Of a stretch of DNA of 64,000 nt, positions 60,031 to 64,000 are shown piece after piece; the first letter of the stretch is position 1; each line of letters starts with the position of its first letter. The stretch spans positions 23,760-87,759 of the forward strand of contig CAYZIR010000002.1 in the NCBI GenBank assembly GCA_964478705.1, in the 5' to 3' direction. Below the pieces are notes generated by a model. The model made no database searches, had not been told where the DNA came from, and saw nothing but the letters and a program-made list of their open reading frames with translations. The position numbers and the translations under genes were made by a program. The DNA comes from an uncultured Candidatus Saccharibacteria bacterium (GTDB lineage Bacteria > Patescibacteriota > Minisyncoccia > Phycocordibacterales > EsbW-18).

Positions 60031-60098
60031 AACAAATGTGATAGTGGAATCATACTAACAGATAATCCGGCCTACGGCAAGGTCTTTTGGAACACATC

Positions 60099-60138
60099 AC
60101 CCTTATTCTCAAGTTCTTAAGAACTTGAGAATAAGGGT
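60099..60138. repeat. perfect 40-bp palindrome containing 26-bp copy E
   Basis: acccttattctcaagttcttaagaacttgagaataagggt; 28-bp core identical to 30862-30889. Confidence 0.9.
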
Positions 60139-60240
60139 CACTTCAAATTCTATAGAACGACAATATATCGTCAAATATGCTCGTTCTTCGAGAAAAACCA
60201 ACGACACCAGCATGCTACAATTGAAGGCAATCACACTCCT

Positions 60241-61629
60241 ATGAAGAACCGTTCCCCGTGGCTCCACCAACTCCGCTCTGATCGCGAGTCAGCACGACTC
60301 TCTCACGATATCTCAACCGATATCGCGATCGTCGGAGCGGGTATCGCAGGTGTCGCGACCGCATTCTTCACGCTCAAGTACACAGACAAAACAGTTACCC
60401 TTCTCGAAGCCTTTAAGCTTGCCCACGGTGCAACAGGACACAATGCAGGACAGGTTACCAGCTATTTTGAGCGAGGTTTTGCCAGTATCTCAGATGAGTT
60501 TGGATTAAAGCTTGCTGCCGAAGGACAAAAAAGTGTTGAAGGTGCGTGGGAACTCCTTGATGAGATGTATACCGACGCAGGGCTCACTATCCCCTTCTCC
60601 CGATTCGAAGGGCATGCTGGCCTCTCAACATTCGACCAAGTCATTTTTCATTTGCGTAACAATCATGCGCGAAAGAATGCGGGTCTTCCTGTCGAGACAT
60701 TTCGCATCTCAGAGAATGCACCCTTTCTTTCAAGTATCTCAGACGAGTACGAGGGGCTTTTCTCGATTGTTCCTCATGCAGACATTCTTGCACTCCTTGA
60801 AACACACGATGAACGTTTTTTTGCCACAATTTCCTATCAAAAAGGATGCTTGAACAGTGCGCTCTTTTGTGAAGAAGTAATTTTGTTCCTCCTCAAACAC
60901 TACCCTGACCGATTTGCCCTTTTCGAACACACGCCTATCGCAAAAATTATACTGCATGATGACAAAGCAATACTTGATGCAGAAACGCACACCATCAGCA
61001 CTTCTCGTGTTGTTCTTTGCACCAACGGTTTCGACAATATTCATGTGATTACTGCCGATGGACTTGATATCGACACGAAGCTCCACCACAACATCCACGG
61101 TGTTGTTGGGTATATGTCGGGGTATCTTGAGAAGATGAACAAACTCCCGGGCGCATGGAGCTATCTTCTTCCGCCCGATGAAGCCGATGAGTTTTATCGA
61201 AGTGACCCCGATACCGGTGATCCATACTTTTTGATTACACGACGCCCCTATGTGTACGAAGAAAAAACTGATCACAATTTGATTTCTGTAGCAGGACCCG
61301 AAGTGTCTCTCCCCGATAGACGACACTATTCGCGAGACACCGACTACCCTGATGCAATCACCGATGAAATTGATCGGTTTGTGAAGCAAACGTATAACAT
61401 CGAACCTAACAAAAAGATTGACTATATTTTTACCTGGCACGGATTGATGGGCTACACAAAAAATCTGGTGCGCTTGGTCGGGCCCGAACCGACACATCCA
61501 GTACTTCTGTATAACCTTGGATGCAATGGTGTCGGCATCCTTCCGTCGGTGTTTGGCGGGCGCAGGATTGCTGACGTCATCGCAGAACGTCCCGTTGCTC
61601 CATCGATTTTTGATATTCCAGGAAAATAA
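60241..61629 (+). CDS. FAD-dependent oxidoreductase (DAO family)
   Basis: IVGAGIAG, GATGHNAG, LCTNG. Confidence 0.85.
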   Translation: MKNRSPWLHQLRSDRESARLSHDISTDIAIVGAGIAGVATAFFTLKYTDKTVTLLEAFKLAHGATGHNAGQVTSYFERGFASISDEFGLKLAAEGQKSVEGAWELLDEMYTDAGLTIPFSRFEGHAGLSTFDQVIFHLRNNHARKNAGLPVETFRISENAPFLSSISDEYEGLFSIVPHADILALLETHDERFFATISYQKGCLNSALFCEEVILFLLKHYPDRFALFEHTPIAKIILHDDKAILDAETHTISTSRVVLCTNGFDNIHVITADGLDIDTKLHHNIHGVVGYMSGYLEKMNKLPGAWSYLLPPDEADEFYRSDPDTGDPYFLITRRPYVYEEKTDHNLISVAGPEVSLPDRRHYSRDTDYPDAITDEIDRFVKQTYNIEPNKKIDYIFTWHGLMGYTKNLVRLVGPEPTHPVLLYNLGCNGVGILPSVFGGRRIADVIAERPVAPSIFDIPGK

Positions 61630-61698
61630 GACATTTCCCTACAACTTCTTTATTTGATATAGTCCTCTCGGACCGCAGGTACAAGGAGGATTTTAGCC

Positions 61699-62190
61699 GT
61701 GAGATTTTTGCTCGGAGGCATGTTGATGATTACTCTTGCCCTACCGTCTGTCTCAAGCGCTGGTTCAGCAAAAATCGATGCACAAGAAGTGCATCTAGAG
61801 CTTTTTTCACTCCAAGAAAACTCACAGGCCAAGGAGTTCCCTCGAGTCGTGTGGCAAACGTTCGGGAACGGAGATACATTCCTTTCCGTTATCACCGACA
61901 GGAATCGCTACCGGTCAGTCTCGGTGACTCCTTGGATTCGAGAGGAGCGGAAGGGTTTCTTGGGAGAATGGCAGAAGTTGCCATCCTTCGGGATCTCTCA
62001 ACAGAGATCTAATCCCCCACGAGTCATTTCAGGGCTGAAACAGGAACGCCGATTACGAGCGATGAACCTGGATGTCCGGCTCGGCGAGTTTAGAGGTGGC
62101 GCCCGATACTGGCTCCGCGTCGAGGTCTTCACCGACGGATACTACGGAAGCCATGAGTTCTCTCAACCCGTCGATCTCCGTAATAACTGA
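61699..62190 (+). CDS. secreted hypothetical protein
   Basis: AAGGAGG SD, signal-peptide-like N-terminus, terminator 62199-62222. Confidence 0.6.
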   Translation: MRFLLGGMLMITLALPSVSSAGSAKIDAQEVHLELFSLQENSQAKEFPRVVWQTFGNGDTFLSVITDRNRYRSVSVTPWIREERKGFLGEWQKLPSFGISQQRSNPPRVISGLKQERRLRAMNLDVRLGEFRGGARYWLRVEVFTDGYYGSHEFSQPVDLRNN

Positions 62191-62221
62191 TTTGCTCTGC
62201 CTCCCTCCATGGGAGGTTTTT

Positions 62222-62623
62222 CTATCCAATCAAACGGGAAACATACGTGGTGATTCCAGCTACCGCACCTGATACGAATGTTCCCCATGCCATATCAATC
62301 AATGAAATTGAAAGTGTCCAACCCTTGAGCGTCGCAAGATTTGTCATATCGTAAACACCATAAACGACCAGCCCAAGCAATGCGCCCGAGAGTGCAATAG
62401 AAAATGTCGAATGCCCCAGAGAGATACCGGGAACGATGACAAAATATAGAAGTCCAATAACCAAGAGAAGATAAACACCTCCTACAGCAATATAATGAAC
62501 CTTCTCGAGCATCAACGAACCTAATGCTTTCCCATAGATATTTTTTGCGATTCCCAAAAGCCATATCGCATCCAAGACAAGAAATACTCCCAACGCAATA
62601 CAAAAAAGTTTAAATGTGGTCAT
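62222..62623 (-). CDS. DUF2177-family membrane protein
   Basis: LDAIWL, YGVYDMTNLATLKGW, DMAWG. Confidence 0.85.
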   Translation of the reverse strand: MTTFKLFCIALGVFLVLDAIWLLGIAKNIYGKALGSLMLEKVHYIAVGGVYLLLVIGLLYFVIVPGISLGHSTFSIALSGALLGLVVYGVYDMTNLATLKGWTLSISLIDMAWGTFVSGAVAGITTYVSRLIG

Positions 62624-62688
62624 ATGTAAAAAGTATACCGCTAAAATGGAATACCGCGTACAGCACGTACGCGGTATATCTATCGAAA

Positions 62689-62859
62689 CTAGCTACAGTG
62701 TGCGTCGCAAATATCAACCATCCTGATGAAATGTGACACCCCCTCAACGAGAAGGATGATGGATGATGCGTCAGTGCGATGAACACGCCCCGTCACAAAA
62801 CCTCCGCCACGAACCTTGATATACGCTGTGCCACCTCTCCAGAACTCAAACAAGAACAT
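62689..62859 (-). CDS. 56-aa protein, possible Sm/Hfq-like beta fold
   Basis: GGAGGT SD, TTGCAC-17-TATACC promoter, hairpin 62651-62677; AYIKVRGGGFVTGRVHRTDASSIILL...HFIRMVDI. Confidence 0.5.
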   Translation of the reverse strand: MFLFEFWRGGTAYIKVRGGGFVTGRVHRTDASSIILLVEGVSHFIRMVDICDAHCS

Positions 62860-62923
62860 CGCCACCTCCGTAGTGTGGTGTTTCCAGAAATAGGTATAGC
62901 GCAGTTTTTCTTTCTGTGCAAAA

Positions 62924-63325
62924 TTATTCTGTCTTTTTGATGTCCTGCCACACACCGATGATATTGCCTTCAGTGTCTTGTATATACGCGTAGTATCCCA
63001 TACCTGCGATTTCTTGTTTGGGCATTGCAACAGAACCACCCGCAGTAACCACTTTCTCAAGTGATGCATCAAGATCTTGTACGATTGTCGCGATTGTCGG
63101 CGTTGTCGCAGGAAATTTGCCACCGCGTTTAAACATACCGCCGTTGATGAATCCCGATTCTTTCGGCATATTCTTTTCATCAATAGGACCGGTGTGAAGA
63201 CCAACATAGTCTGAACCATCGGGCATTGGGAAGCTCGATGTCTTCCATCCGAATGATGCTTCATAAAATGCTCGTGCGCGTGCCAGATTGTCAGCTGGTA
63301 TTTCGAAGTGTTGTACTTTGTCCAT
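62924..63325 (-). CDS. VOC/glyoxalase family protein
   Basis: VQHFEI..D..RARAFY, INGG, DTEGNIIGVWQ. Confidence 0.9.
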   Translation of the reverse strand: MDKVQHFEIPADNLARARAFYEASFGWKTSSFPMPDGSDYVGLHTGPIDEKNMPKESGFINGGMFKRGGKFPATTPTIATIVQDLDASLEKVVTAGGSVAMPKQEIAGMGYYAYIQDTEGNIIGVWQDIKKTE

Positions 63326-63436
63326 AGTTTGAATAGTTAGATGAGTAAGCTCTCGTAGTATAGCAATTATATTTTTCTGTAAAACAAGAACCCGCCTCGA
63401 GAGGATTAGATTCCTTTGTGTGAGGCGGGCGGGTGT

Positions 63437-63913
63437 TCACTTGCGGAGTTTAGGAACGCGGCTTTCGAGGTGAACGAGCTCTTCCTCAAGGCGAGCTCGA
63501 ATGAAATCCCACGACAGAGTTTTACTAGTCCACTCTTCAAGTGAGACGTATTCGTTGTCACCGAACCGGAAGTAGTTCGGTGCAAACGCCCGGTCATCGA
63601 AACAGAAAAAGCGAACGTCGTTCAGCTTCTTGAGTGGCGGTAAACCTGGAAGAGATGAGTCGATTTGAATCATGAAGGCCATCGTGCTTACCGTTGGCCA
63701 ACCAACGATTTTCTGATCATCGTCCATCAATGTTTTTTTCCGAAACTCCTTTTCCAACTCGGAAAGAAGATACGGGACTCCGGCATCGGTTCTGCGGAAC
63801 AACTTGATTCGCGGGGAGAGTCGCTCGAAGTAGCTGATCCACTCCTCGAGTCTCTGGAGGTCTTCCTGGGGAATCGAGACTTGTTCTGAGGGCGCTTCGG
63901 GCACTCTATTCAT
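63437..63913 (-). CDS. hypothetical protein
   Basis: AAGGA SD before MNRVP; terminator-like hairpin 63383-63430. Confidence 0.55.
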   Translation of the reverse strand: MNRVPEAPSEQVSIPQEDLQRLEEWISYFERLSPRIKLFRRTDAGVPYLLSELEKEFRKKTLMDDDQKIVGWPTVSTMAFMIQIDSSLPGLPPLKKLNDVRFFCFDDRAFAPNYFRFGDNEYVSLEEWTSKTLSWDFIRARLEEELVHLESRVPKLRK

Positions 63914-64000
63914 GGTACGTTCCTTTCGGGAGTGGTGGGGAGGTACGAAATCTAGCCGTACCATACACCTTTGGTATTGCCGAAGCAATCTCATATACAA

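Noticed and set aside
62689-63264. 191-aa minus-strand ORF
   Set aside because: Its N-terminal part overlaps the VOC gene in another frame; only the SD-led last 56 aa are credible.
1-64000. tRNA, rRNA, tmRNA genes, transposases, reverse transcriptase; genetic code 25
   Set aside because: No recognisable signatures by eye; core genes translate intact in code 11 and some end in TGA (e.g. grpE, mraY).

Overview
Core-genome segment of a small-genome bacterium, most consistent with Patescibacteria/CPR (Parcubacteria-like; inferred from gene content, compact aaRS, degenerate PriA and FtsA-like genes; TGA is used as a stop). It carries the infA-rpmJ-rpsM-rpsK-rpsD-rpoA-rplQ-rplM-rpsI block, seven aminoacyl-tRNA synthetases, grpE-dnaK and dnaJ split by a ~10 kb defence/accessory island (DpnA-like MTase + small REase, GmrSD-like, PD-(D/E)XK protein), cell-wall genes (uppP, mreB, mraY, ftsW, murG), scpAB, dnaB, recR and priA. 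Most notable non-coding signals: (1) three ~300-nt, highly base-paired units lacking a credible ORF, each with its own sigma70-type promoter and terminator or U-tract (4.0-4.4, 36.3-36.6, 48.0-48.4 kb); (2) an Asp T-box with an ultrashort Stem I, separated from aspS by an inserted gene; (3) a 26-bp TTCT-N4-TTCT-NN-AGAA-N4-AGAA palindrome family (5 copies) that brackets, and encodes the C-terminus of, an ArsR-like HTH gene; (4) about ten stand-alone promoter-SD-orphan ORF-terminator cassettes, contrasting with apparently leaderless core genes; (5) heptamer repeat arrays and a dif-like site. All calls were made by eye, without database searches.
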